Positions 46,505-54,887 of a DNA stretch of 64,000 nt are shown piece after piece. The position numbers and the translations under genes were made by a program. The stretch is taken from IMG/VR virus record IMGVR_UViG_3300030385_002649, positions 186,001 through 250,000 of that record; one strand, given 5' to 3'. Below the pieces are notes generated by a model. It saw nothing but the letters and a program-made list of their open reading frames with translations. It was not told where the DNA came from and did not search any database. The stretch's first letter is position 1. Every line of letters begins with the position of its first letter.

Positions 46505-46816
46505 GCCGCCTCCAAAGGGGCTATCTACAAGTTGAAAGGATATATCCGATTGCTGCAAATCCAATAATTGCCACCATGACCATGACCATGACCATGATTA
46601 TTTGTATTTGCAATTTACTCGCTGCTTTCTTTAGACCATTTATCTAAAGTTGTTGAAAATTCTTTTTTATCGCCAAGAGTTTTTGTTATGAACTCGGCGG
46701 CGCCTTCAAGGCGTCGGTTATAAACTGAACACATCCCGCCATGATGAATAGCGAAATAAAGGTCTGCACGAGCTATTTCTAATGCTCGTATAACATCTTG
46801 TTCTTCTGTCATAATA

Positions 46817-46888
46817 TAGACCGGGAGGGACTCGAACCCACAACCCACGGCTTAAAAGGCCATTGCGCTACCATTGCGCCACCGATCC
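46817..46888 (-). tRNA. tRNA-Lys(TTT)
   Basis: canonical cloverleaf. Confidence 0.9.
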
Positions 46889-46892
46889 AAAA

Positions 46893-47032
46893 TATACAAG
46901 AGAAAAAGCAAAAGAGAAATGTTTCCTGCTCTACCGCTGAGCTATTTCGCCACGGATGGCGAAAGTAGGATTTGAACCCACGACCTGGCACTTAAATGAT
47001 GTGAAGTAACTCTTTCTATCACTTCTTGTATA
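46893..47032 (-). ncRNA. YrlA-like Y RNA (permuted T arm - closed acceptor - D arm)
   Basis: GTGGGTTCAAATCCTAC, TTTCGCCA/TGGCGAAA, TAGCTCAGCGGTAGAGC within the shared stem. Confidence 0.75.
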
Positions 47033-47090
47033 CTGCCGTTGGAAGAGTCGAACTCCCCACTAGGTATCCCCAGTGCCCACTTTAACGGCA
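47033..47090 (-). ncRNA. D-armless mini tRNA-like RNA
   Basis: TGCCGTT/AACGGCA, CACTGG/CTAGTG, GGGAG-TTCGACT-CTTCC. Confidence 0.55.
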
Positions 47091-47420
47091 AACCAAGTCC
47101 TCACTCGGTTAAAAATTGCGATAACTCATCATAAAAGGGGTGATCAACCAGCTTTTGCAACTTTTATCGCATACTATTCTATTTTCTTCCAACTTCTTCG
47201 AACCAAACCCTATTCTTCTTCGTGAAACTCCATCATCATTTTGATGAAATTAAGACAATCTGCGAAACTCTTGTTTCTTGCGGCCTCGGAGTCATTCCCA
47301 TGAGCTGCATATGTGTGATGCTCTGCCAAAACTCGATGGCGTTGTCTTTCGAACCACGTTCTCATTTTCTTTTTATCACCCACAAGAAGCTTCGGAAACT
47401 TTATTATCATTCTGATAAAA

Positions 47421-47517
47421 TACAATCGCAGCGGGATTTTCACCCGCATCTCAAGATTCATAATCAAGGATGTTCGCCCGCCCTGATCAAGGGCGGAATA
47501 TTACACCATACGATTGC
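47421..47517 (-). ncRNA. tRNA-like RNA (ATG loop) with a hairpin inserted in the D loop
   Basis: GCAATCG/CGATTGT; insert CCGCCCTTGATCAGGGCGG; T arm GCGGG/CCCGC. Confidence 0.5.
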
Positions 47518-47556
47518 TGAATTCCTAGACCTTAATCGATGCGGCCTAGTTCATCA

Positions 47557-47628
47557 CTCACCCCCCCGGACTTGCACCGAGAACCTTGACGTTAACAACG
47601 TCCTGCTCTACTATTGAGCTAGAGGCGA
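47557..47628 (-). tRNA. tRNA-Asn(GTT), divergent
   Basis: cloverleaf, T loop TGCAAGT. Confidence 0.75.
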
Positions 47629-47858
47629 ATATCTTTATTGGGTTCTCAGTCATTAATTTCATCTACCCAACACCAACTTCGTTGGATTTTAACGTATTTG
47701 CCTATCCTTGGTGTTCCCTCAGGAGGAACGTGTTCAGGACAGAATTCTTGTTTTTGCTTTATTTTGCGATTGTAAATTGACCAAGCTGCAGCGTTACGAC
47801 ATTTATGCGTTTCACATTTTCTAGGAAGTCTTTCCATTTCCATACAGTCGAACATAAA

Positions 47859-47930
47859 CTCCGACGGCTGGACTCGAACCAGCAACACTTCGCTTAACAG
47901 GCGAACACTCTACCATTGAGCTACGTCGGA
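47859..47930 (-). tRNA. tRNA-Asn(GTT)
   Basis: canonical cloverleaf. Confidence 0.9.
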
Positions 47931-47933
47931 AAA

Positions 47934-48063
47934 TCGTGAGGAGAAAAGTGAAAAAGTGTTTGCAAAGTCTGCGGTTTTGACGCCACAACCTTCAGTTTTT
48001 CAGACTGACGCTCTACATTGAGCTAAAATTTTGGAAGTAACTCTTTCGGTCACTTCCTCACGA
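47934..48063 (-). ncRNA. Y-RNA-like element 4 (D arm + GAA anticodon arm + T arm)
   Basis: shared stem; TCAGT-CTGAAAA-ACTGA. Confidence 0.65.
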
Positions 48064-48064
48064 A

Positions 48065-48145
48065 TCGAGAAGGTAGGATTCGAACCCACAAAGCTTAAAG
48101 CACCCGCTGTACAACCGGGCCGGTTACCAAAACCGAAACTTCTCG
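48065..48145 (-). tRNA. atypical tRNA-Tyr(GTA) with C1-G72
   Basis: CGAGAAG/CTTCTCG; loop TTGTACA. Confidence 0.6.
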
Positions 48146-48168
48146 TTAAAACTGAAATACGTAACAAA

Positions 48169-48286
48169 TGAGCAAAAGGGGGTGGGACAGACTTGATGTT
48201 CTCCTAGCCGAAGCGTGGGACAGACTTGATGTTCTCCTTGGCAAACCGTGGGACAGACTTGATGTTCTCCTACCCCCTTTTGCTCA
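48169..48286. repeat. three 24-nt direct repeats (33-nt period) enclosed by a 15-bp inverted repeat
   Basis: GTGGGACAGACTTGATGTTCTCCT at 48182, 48215 and 48248. Confidence 0.95.
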
Positions 48287-48290
48287 CTCA

Positions 48291-48857
48291 TTACACAATA
48301 TGCGGATGAAGCAGAATCCTAATAGACTCCCTAATCCCAGCCGCAACATACTCAAAATTGACCGCCGTAGCAATCGTGATCGTAGTTAGAGGGCTTCTTT
48401 CGCCAGTGTCAGGATCCCTAACACCAAGCTTAAAATAATTCCTCAAATTCGTATTACTCCCGACCCTACTAATAGGGTTGATCCACCTATCTTCAACAGT
48501 CCAACTAGTCGAGCCATTAGCCAACTGTCTCAATGGACGGTACCGTTTACCCTTCCTGTCACTATAAACAGTGCCGCGAGAAGAATGAACGCCGCGAGCC
48601 TTCTTAATAAACTTATAAATCTCAACTTGTAAGCCAGCCGGATTGTCAAAATAAACGATGCCAGTCGTCCCATTGATTCCAATAATTACTGGAGGAAGAA
48701 GACCTCCACCGCTAACCCCATCAGCACCGGTTGGACCAGTTGGCCCCGTAGCACCAAAACCTCCGCCATCAACCCCTTGGATGATAACTCTTTCGATTGG
48801 GCCATTAACAAAAGGCTCATCTCTTACAATTTGCAAGTTTCTGATTTTATTGCTCAT
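48291..48857 (-). CDS. collagen-motif virion protein
   Basis: GATGPTGPTGADG. Confidence 0.6.
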   Translation of the reverse strand: MSNKIRNLQIVRDEPFVNGPIERVIIQGVDGGGFGATGPTGPTGADGVSGGGLLPPVIIGINGTTGIVYFDNPAGLQVEIYKFIKKARGVHSSRGTVYSDRKGKRYRPLRQLANGSTSWTVEDRWINPISRVGSNTNLRNYFKLGVRDPDTGERSPLTTITIATAVNFEYVAAGIRESIRILLHPHIV

Positions 48858-49041
48858 AATTTATTTATGCTTGGCCCGGCGGATCTGGATCGTGGGATTT
48901 GTGCCATAATTTCCAAGCGAGGACTTGGTAGCTGTGCCAACATTTGTGGAAACCAGACCCATAAACCTTGTCACACCGACAATTTTTATAGACACCCAAA
49001 GTGTTAGTCTTTCTCTAATTTTGAAAACTTATTTTGTAGGA

Positions 49042-49168
49042 TGATGAGAGAACTCTTGAAAAACCGTTAGTGTCAATTATGGGACTTGAACCCACAACAT
49101 GCAGCTTTGAAGGCTATTACTCTACCATTGAGTTAAATTGAAGTAAGTCTTTCTATCACTTCTCATCA
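49042..49168 (-). ncRNA. Y-RNA-like element 5 carrying a near-complete tRNA body with TCA anticodon
   Basis: shared stem; TCAATT/AATTGA, D arm, loop CTTCAAA, GTGGG-TTCAAGT-CCCAT. Confidence 0.65.
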
Positions 49169-49169
49169 A

Positions 49170-49263
49170 TGAATGGCAAAGGGATCGCACCTCTGTCCGA
49201 CAACCCGGGAAACATGAACAAGCTCCGCTGCGTTGGGTTGTCGTCCCCCTATGGGGCCCATTC
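49170..49263 (-). ncRNA. tRNA-like RNA with extended anticodon arm
   Basis: GAATGG/CCATTC, CCCC/GGGG, CGACAACCC/GGGTTGTCG, T-like arm. Confidence 0.5.
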
Positions 49264-49266
49264 TAA

Positions 49267-49830
49267 TCATTTTCTTGAAAACGTTTTGGTCTGAGAATGG
49301 CAATTAGGGCATAACCACCTCAAGTTTTCTAACCTATTATCGTTATTCTTCCCATTAATATGATCAATTTGAAGAATTAATGGTTTCCCATTATGAACAT
49401 CATCGCATTGACATGTCGAACAATGCGATGATCTTTGTTTCTTTTTAAATCTTCGTCTTAATGTAATCTGTGCTACTTTGCTATTTTCGCAAAACACTTG
49501 CCCGTCGGATTTTTTATTATCACGATTAAGAGCTTCGATAGCAACAATGTCGCCTGCAAAGTGATCGATATCAAGCTTAAGTCTTTTTATGTGTTTTTTG
49601 ATGCTTGTCCAATTATTCCCTCTTGCAGATAATCCCAATTTTGTAAGCAATTCAGTATAACATCGGCTTCCTTTAACGTTAATCTTTAACTGTTCATCTG
49701 TCCAAGTTCGATTGAATAGACCATAAGGGGAACAATCAAAACAATATCTGCGACTAGTAGCCGATTTCCATTTTCCATCAATTTTTATATGAGTTTTAAA
49801 TTCTTGCTTACAACCTTTACAAATCTTCAT
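49267..49830 (-). CDS. HNH endonuclease
   Basis: LQIDHINGKNNDNRLENLRWLCPNCH; starts directly after tRNA-Pro. Confidence 0.9.
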   Translation of the reverse strand: MKICKGCKQEFKTHIKIDGKWKSATSRRYCFDCSPYGLFNRTWTDEQLKINVKGSRCYTELLTKLGLSARGNNWTSIKKHIKRLKLDIDHFAGDIVAIEALNRDNKKSDGQVFCENSKVAQITLRRRFKKKQRSSHCSTCQCDDVHNGKPLILQIDHINGKNNDNRLENLRWLCPNCHSQTKTFSRK

Positions 49831-49831
49831 A

Positions 49832-49906
49832 TCAGAGCGGTGAGATTCGAACTCACGATCTCGACATCCCAAATGTCGCGCCTTGGCCAGACTAGGCTAC
49901 GCTCTG
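49832..49906 (-). tRNA. tRNA-Pro(TGG)
   Basis: canonical cloverleaf. Confidence 0.9.
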
Positions 49907-49970
49907 TTATTGTGTCATGATGATATGCCAGCTAAGTATACTTTACTTTGTGCCACGTCATTTCTTTTTA

Positions 49971-50053
49971 CGCTCGTTGTTGGAGTCGAACCAACGCGAA
50001 CCGCCCCTCCGTGTCCACAAAAGGCACACAGCGCAAAGATCTACCCTACGAGC
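49971..50053 (-). ncRNA. aberrant tRNA-like RNA
   Basis: GCTCGT/ACGAGC, GTTGG-TTCGACT-CCAAC, irregular D and anticodon arms. Confidence 0.5.
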
Positions 50054-50550
50054 TTGACCATCATACTATTATAACTTCCATCTCGCCATTACCAATCGTT
50101 GTGGTGCCAGACTTCAAAGAACAAAATGGAATCCATCCTGCACGACGAGCAACAAAATCAATCAACTTCTTACCACCAAGAACCATCAACGGGCTACTAC
50201 TAGCACCATCTTTGTTGATCATCCTGAACCGGTCACCAGGCTTCAATTTCTTCAACTTCATCTTCGTCTCCTTAAGCAATGCTCCGGTACTGCCCCGGTC
50301 ATACGGGGTTGCAACCCGTCGCCTCTCTATTCTGGCCCGCAATGCAAGCGTAGCCGCCTCACTAATACCTAACGTGGTAATCGTGAAATAACCCCGGGCG
50401 ACCAACCCGAGTTTCACCTTCACTTTCGGATGGTCAATCCTCAGAATCGGTAGCGTCTACTGTTTTGGTAATTTGTCCGCGTCGAGCTTGATGGCCCGAA
50501 ATTAACAAGTGACTAGCCTGTCTTTCAAAATAGTCAGTTTTCGCGAACGA

Positions 50551-50622
50551 TGAGCAATGAGGGATTCGAACCCACAACCTTGAGCATGTAACACTCCTGC
50601 GCTGCCGTTGCGCCAATCGCCC
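50551..50622 (-). tRNA. tRNA-Val(TAC)
   Basis: cloverleaf. Confidence 0.85.
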
Positions 50623-51051
50623 TTACTTATGAAGAAATTTATACCAACTTTGATCTTTAGCCGTTTTCCTACTATGACAATTGGCACATCTGACTTCACA
50701 TTTTTCAATCTCTTCTAATAACTTGTCTATCCTTGAATAACGTATGAGTTTAGAAATAGGAGCTTTTTTATCTCTAAGATGGTCGAATTCGAGAACTGTC
50801 GGATCCGATTCTCCACAATCAACACAGGGGTGTTTTAACAAATGCTCTAATATGAATTTCCTATTTTCCAATCTTCTATTTGTGTTATAAATTCTTACTC
50901 TGTCTTTTGTTTTCCCTTCATCATTTTGGTATATCTTTTTTCTATAAATCTTAAAACATGATCGACACATCGATTGTAAGGAAACGTTTGTCTTCTTCCA
51001 ATTAAATTCCGATTTTAATTTTTCCTTCTTACATCGGTTACAAATCTTCAT
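50623..51051 (-). CDS. HNH endonuclease
   Basis: CVDCG...LEFDH...CEVRCANCH; stop abuts tRNA-Val. Confidence 0.9.
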   Translation of the reverse strand: MKICNRCKKEKLKSEFNWKKTNVSLQSMCRSCFKIYRKKIYQNDEGKTKDRVRIYNTNRRLENRKFILEHLLKHPCVDCGESDPTVLEFDHLRDKKAPISKLIRYSRIDKLLEEIEKCEVRCANCHSRKTAKDQSWYKFLHK

Positions 51052-51521
51052 GAGATTATGTACGCTTTTTTGTCCTCCTGAAATACCCAGAAGAATGAAC
51101 TGGATGAATTCCAGATTGTTGATCCAGCATTGAAACTGTCCCTCGCGGTTTAACAGTAAAAATGGACCTAAAAGCCCAAATGTTCCAAGAAAGCCACTTT
51201 CTAGGTTTATCCAACCCGTAAAGCTCGTTGAAGTTCCTCAAATCTCTTCTCATTTATTCCCCTTCTTAGATCCGTATTTTGGTCTGTAAAACTCGATTAA
51301 AGATGGGACTCGGTTCTCACCTGGGATGATACCGAATTTATTGAAAACCCATATGCTGTAAGACTTCCAAGCCCTGGTTCGCATTTCGTTATCTCTTTCA
51401 AGTTGCATTTTTGGAGCGCACCCAAGGGAATCTCTCCGCACGGATTAAGGTTTCGACGTATCAACCTTTTGGAATACCAATATCTCATTTTACAATTCCT
51501 AATCGATAGAATACTGCTTAA

Positions 51522-51595
51522 TGGAGCTAATGGGATTCGAACCCACGCGTGACCCGGCGTGCAAAACCAGCGCTCTCCCACTGAGCTATAGCCCC
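51522..51595 (-). tRNA. tRNA-Ala(TGC)
   Basis: GGGGCTA start, G3-U70. Confidence 0.9.
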
Positions 51596-51755
51596 TGGCG
51601 TCTGGGTTAACTCCAAAATTAGTTATCTCCAAGTTAATCGCTTAATAGGCGACGCTCAAGGCATTCACTTCTTCTGGCCAGACATGTTTAGAGGGCAGTC
51701 GCCGCCTGCATACTGGACCATGTCTCCAGCGCTTGGACAGCTAAACATACCGCAA

Positions 51756-51829
51756 TGACCCTGACGAGACTCGAACTCGCAACGTCCAGCTTGAAAGGCT
51801 GGCGATCTAACCGATTGATCTACAGGGCC
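51756..51829 (-). tRNA. tRNA-Glu(TTC)
   Basis: canonical cloverleaf. Confidence 0.9.
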
Positions 51830-51893
51830 AAACGAGAAGTGACACCAGCGTTCCCGACTATCACGCCGGGTGCATACAATGCCAAATCTCTCA

Positions 51894-51967
51894 TGACCCC
51901 TACCGGATTTGAACCGGTGTTTCAAGCGTGAGAGGCTTGCGTCCTAACCAGACTAGACGAAGGGGCC
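51894..51967 (-). tRNA. tRNA-Glu(CTC)
   Basis: canonical cloverleaf. Confidence 0.9.
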
Positions 51968-52019
51968 ACATGGCAAACTAAATTGTTAATGATCGTCAAG
52001 AACAAAAAGTTCTATCGAA

Positions 52020-52092
52020 AGCTGGGGAAGGGACTTGAACCCATAACCTGCGACTTACAAAATCGCTGCTCTACCAATTGAGCTACCCCAGC
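52020..52092 (-). tRNA. tRNA-Thr(TGT)
   Basis: canonical cloverleaf. Confidence 0.9.
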
Positions 52093-52105
52093 AAAAAGGG
52101 AGCAG

Positions 52106-52366
52106 TCAATTCGCAGTGACTGCCGCCTCGGGTTTTGGTTCAAAGAAATTGACGAACGCTTCAACAACTTGGTCTGGGGTTTGATGCCTAAGAAGCATCT
52201 CCCTGTCCATGTATTCTGGTTGTAAAGCGAAGGCTCTCATGCGAAGCAATCCATCATGTTCTACAACAAATTTGAATGTGACATTAGGTAGCGTTTCCTC
52301 AAGTCTAGCGCAGAGAACTTTCGTCTCTTCAGAATGAGGCGCGTATCTGTAATCTTCCATCTTCAT
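52106..52366 (-). CDS. hypothetical protein
   Basis: 86-aa ORF downstream of a promoter motif. Confidence 0.6.
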   Translation of the reverse strand: MKMEDYRYAPHSEETKVLCARLEETLPNVTFKFVVEHDGLLRMRAFALQPEYMDREMLLRHQTPDQVVEAFVNFFEPKPEAAVTAN

Positions 52367-52378
52367 TGTAATACCTTA

Positions 52379-52404
52379 GACGAGAACAAGCTGCATGCCT
52401 GTCA
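52379..52404 (-). promoter_or_regulatory. TGACA-N17-CGTC promoter-like motif
   Basis: exact match. Confidence 0.65.
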
Positions 52405-52488
52405 TTTTCTCTTTGATGACTCTTACATACAACGCGTTGAAAATTGACCACTAAACATTTGTCCTACAATACAACACAAAAATTAAGT

Positions 52489-53106
52489 ATGAATCTAATC
52501 CAAACAGTCCAAAAAGGTGCCCCAAAAAAGTCTCATAATCAATATGTCCAATCAATCATAGACATATTGAGCAAATGCCCATTCCCAGGACTAATTATAG
52601 AATTGGGGGTTGCACACGGAAGAAACGCAATAATAATCGGGAACACAATCAAAGCTTTAAAACTAGACACGAAATATGTTGGTTTCGACACATTTGTTGG
52701 CTATGCTCAAGAAGATATGGACAACAAAGCTTTGAAAGATATCCAACGCCGAAAAGTTTGGCATACAACAAAAGAAAAAGTAGAAGACACAATTTCTAAA
52801 GCCGGACTATCAGACATTTGTACTCTGATAGAAGGAGATTTAAAAGAAACTCTCCCACAATTCTTAATAGAACACAATCCGGAAATTGCTCTGCTTTATA
52901 TCGACTGCAACGCATATCTACCATCAATTACCGGGATGACAGCTACAATAGGACATGTCAAAAGGGGTAGCATCATATGTATAGACGAACATCGAATAGG
53001 AGGAGAAACAAAAGCCCTAGAAGAATTCAGCAAAACGATGAAACACCGAATAACTAAAACAGGAGACACAATTGGCATCCCAGCCTATATCAAGGTTGGT
53101 GGTTAA
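52489..53106 (+). CDS. TylF/MycF-like O-methyltransferase
   Basis: IELGVAHG, GFDTFVG, G...ETLP.F, LLYIDCNAY, IDE. Confidence 0.8.
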   Translation: MNLIQTVQKGAPKKSHNQYVQSIIDILSKCPFPGLIIELGVAHGRNAIIIGNTIKALKLDTKYVGFDTFVGYAQEDMDNKALKDIQRRKVWHTTKEKVEDTISKAGLSDICTLIEGDLKETLPQFLIEHNPEIALLYIDCNAYLPSITGMTATIGHVKRGSIICIDEHRIGGETKALEEFSKTMKHRITKTGDTIGIPAYIKVGG

Positions 53107-53720
53107 GGGCGACAATGGCCTCTAATAACCATACGTTCTCCTCCATTGATACGACCACCTTTATGTATCACGTCAGTAGAGAAAATCATCAACGTTCCAG
53201 CCTTTGCTAAGACTGTCTCTTCTTTATTAACGAGTTTTAATAAATCAGGATGATCACGAAGTTGGTGTTTACGACTCAGTCTCAACTTCGCCCCTATATT
53301 CGCTGAATTAGGGATATATGAGAACGGACCGTCATGTGGGCCGACATCTTTCAAATAAATCATAAATTTAAAAGCATGGTCGCGGTCTGAATGCCAATAG
53401 CCGTTTGGCGCGTCTCCTGGTATCCCAAATTCGTGCGACAAAAAAACAGCAGTATTAAACTTAAACGGTGTCCGCCCATAAAAATGCCTAGCGGCGACGA
53501 GCATTTCTTTTGAATTGAATATTTCTTTTATGGCGACCAAATCGTCTGGAATACCATATAATCTGACTGCTCTGCCAAAGCCGTATGGCTTAGCTCTATC
53601 TTCTAGAATGGCTTCATATTCCGATCTAACACTATTGATTTCTTCTTCGTTTAGGAAATCGGGGATCACTACTATTTTATTTTTTTTGAGTGATTTTAGA
53701 TAGGGGTCGATGTTTAACAT
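53103..53720 (-). CDS. PhyH-like 2OG-Fe(II) dioxygenase
   Basis: WHSD, YLKDV...GPF.YIP.S, AGT..IF...IHKGG, R. Confidence 0.85.
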   Translation of the reverse strand: MLNIDPYLKSLKKNKIVVIPDFLNEEEINSVRSEYEAILEDRAKPYGFGRAVRLYGIPDDLVAIKEIFNSKEMLVAARHFYGRTPFKFNTAVFLSHEFGIPGDAPNGYWHSDRDHAFKFMIYLKDVGPHDGPFSYIPNSANIGAKLRLSRKHQLRDHPDLLKLVNKEETVLAKAGTLMIFSTDVIHKGGRINGGERMVIRGHCRP

Positions 53721-53736
53721 GCCCTATATTTTCGGA

Positions 53737-53808
53737 AGCGGCCAGTGGGATTCGAACCCACGACATCGAGCTTGGAAGGCTCGCGTTCTCCCGCTGAACT
53801 ATGGCCGC
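53737..53808 (-). tRNA. tRNA-Gly(TCC)
   Basis: canonical cloverleaf. Confidence 0.9.
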
Positions 53809-53819
53809 ATTACCCCATA

Positions 53820-53845
53820 GACGAATCTATGAGGCTTGACTGTCA
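53820..53845 (-). promoter_or_regulatory. TGACA-N17-CGTC promoter-like motif
   Basis: exact match, 11 nt before tRNA-Gly. Confidence 0.7.
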
Positions 53846-53851
53846 CCAGTC

Positions 53852-54025
53852 TCAGTCGGCAGTCGTAGTAGGAGCTACTCCGCTGGTAACTGGAGCAACT
53901 TCACTCGTTACCGGAGCAACCCCAAGGGCACCACGGAACGCGTCAACTGCATCACCACCGAAAAAATATCCGGCAACAGCGAGAACTACTACAGCAACAA
54001 TACCAACAACACGCTTGTCCTTCAT
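53852..54025 (-). CDS. 57-aa membrane peptide with VAPVTS repeats
   Basis: AGGAGG SD; MKDKRVVGIVAVVVLAVAGYFFGG...VAPVTSEVAPVTSGVAPTT. Confidence 0.65.
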   Translation of the reverse strand: MKDKRVVGIVAVVVLAVAGYFFGGDAVDAFRGALGVAPVTSEVAPVTSGVAPTTTAD

Positions 54026-54057
54026 ATAAACCTCCTAATGGTTCAAAATCTGAAATA

Positions 54058-54270
54058 CTAAATGGGACGCCTTCTGCCGCGTCCAACTGGAATTTTGCCC
54101 CAACGAAGCTCCGCATAACATTCTCTACAATGCGCAGCGTATTTTGGTATCCCACTGTGGTGAACAACCTTGACCGGGTCTCCACAAGCAGCGCAAGATG
54201 GCCTGGTTTCCTCGGGATCTACATTTCTGTAGGCGTAAGGGCCATAACCCTCATGATCGTCATTATTCAT
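54058..54270 (-). CDS. small CxxC protein
   Basis: CAAC...CREC. Confidence 0.5.
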   Translation of the reverse strand: MNNDDHEGYGPYAYRNVDPEETRPSCAACGDPVKVVHHSGIPKYAAHCRECYAELRWGKIPVGRGRRRPI

Positions 54271-54312
54271 ATAATTATATACACTTTCCTATGCTAAATT
54301 ATGTGAATCTAA

Positions 54313-54384
54313 AGCGGCAGATGGGATTTGAACCCACGACTTCAACCTTGGCAAGGTTGCGCTCTACCACTGAGCTACTGCCGC
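54313..54384 (-). tRNA. tRNA-Gly(GCC)
   Basis: canonical cloverleaf. Confidence 0.9.
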
Positions 54385-54395
54385 ATTACTCTTTA

Positions 54396-54421
54396 GACGC
54401 TAACGAACATCCTCGGTGTCA
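54396..54421 (-). promoter_or_regulatory. TGACA-N17-CGTC promoter-like motif
   Basis: exact match, 11 nt before tRNA-Gly. Confidence 0.7.
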
Positions 54422-54430
54422 ATTACCCAT

Positions 54431-54458
54431 AAGAAAAGCCGCTCATTGCTGAACGGCT
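54431..54458 (-). terminator. intrinsic terminator after tRNA-fMet
   Basis: AGCCGTTCA-GCAA-TGAGCGGCT followed by TTTCTT. Confidence 0.75.
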
Positions 54459-54470
54459 CACCTTTACTGT

Positions 54471-54544
54471 TAGCGCAGAAGGGATTCGAACCCCTGACTT
54501 CCAGGTTATGAGCCTGGCGAGCTACCTGACTGCTCCACTGCGCG
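54471..54544 (-). tRNA. initiator-like tRNA-Met(CAT)
   Basis: CGCG..TGGAGCAG start, unpaired 1:72, loop CTCATAA. Confidence 0.85.
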
Positions 54545-54882
54545 TCGTATTGTTATTTTTGTTCCAGTGGTGCTTCCTATGACAATTAGCACAAAGAACA
54601 TCGCATTTATCAATTTCATCTGAAATACGTTTCTTCCCCCACCCTTGTTGTCTAGCCTCGAAAATGTTAAATTCTTTTTCGTCTTCGTTGCGATGGTGAA
54701 ATTTCTAAACATGAAAAGTGCGATTCTTCACAAATTACACATTTTGAATTGCTTTTTATGTCATCAACATGCTTTTTGATCTTAACTTCACGTTTTCTAG
54801 CTTTATCAACATAATAGGATTTCTTACGTTGATAATGTCTACGTTGGGCGGCTAATTGATCTTCACGATTTTTATAAGGCAT
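54522..54882 (-). pseudogene. frameshifted HNH endonuclease
   Basis: CVICEESHFSCLE, then an extra A near 54703, then FHH...CDVLCANCHRKHH in the +1 frame. Confidence 0.8.
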
Positions 54883-54887
54883 TATTA

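Noticed and set aside
46574-46597. (CATGAC)n repeat as a His/Gly attenuator upstream of guaA
   Set aside because: Equally read as MVMVMV in a small hydrophobic ORF; no attenuator structure seen
48182-48271. CRISPR array
   Set aside because: Spacers are only 9 nt, there are three units and no cas genes
49042-49168. tRNA-Sec
   Set aside because: No long variable arm or extended acceptor stem
52444-52470. sigma70 promoter TTGACC...TACAAT
   Set aside because: The 15-nt spacer is suboptimal; insufficient support
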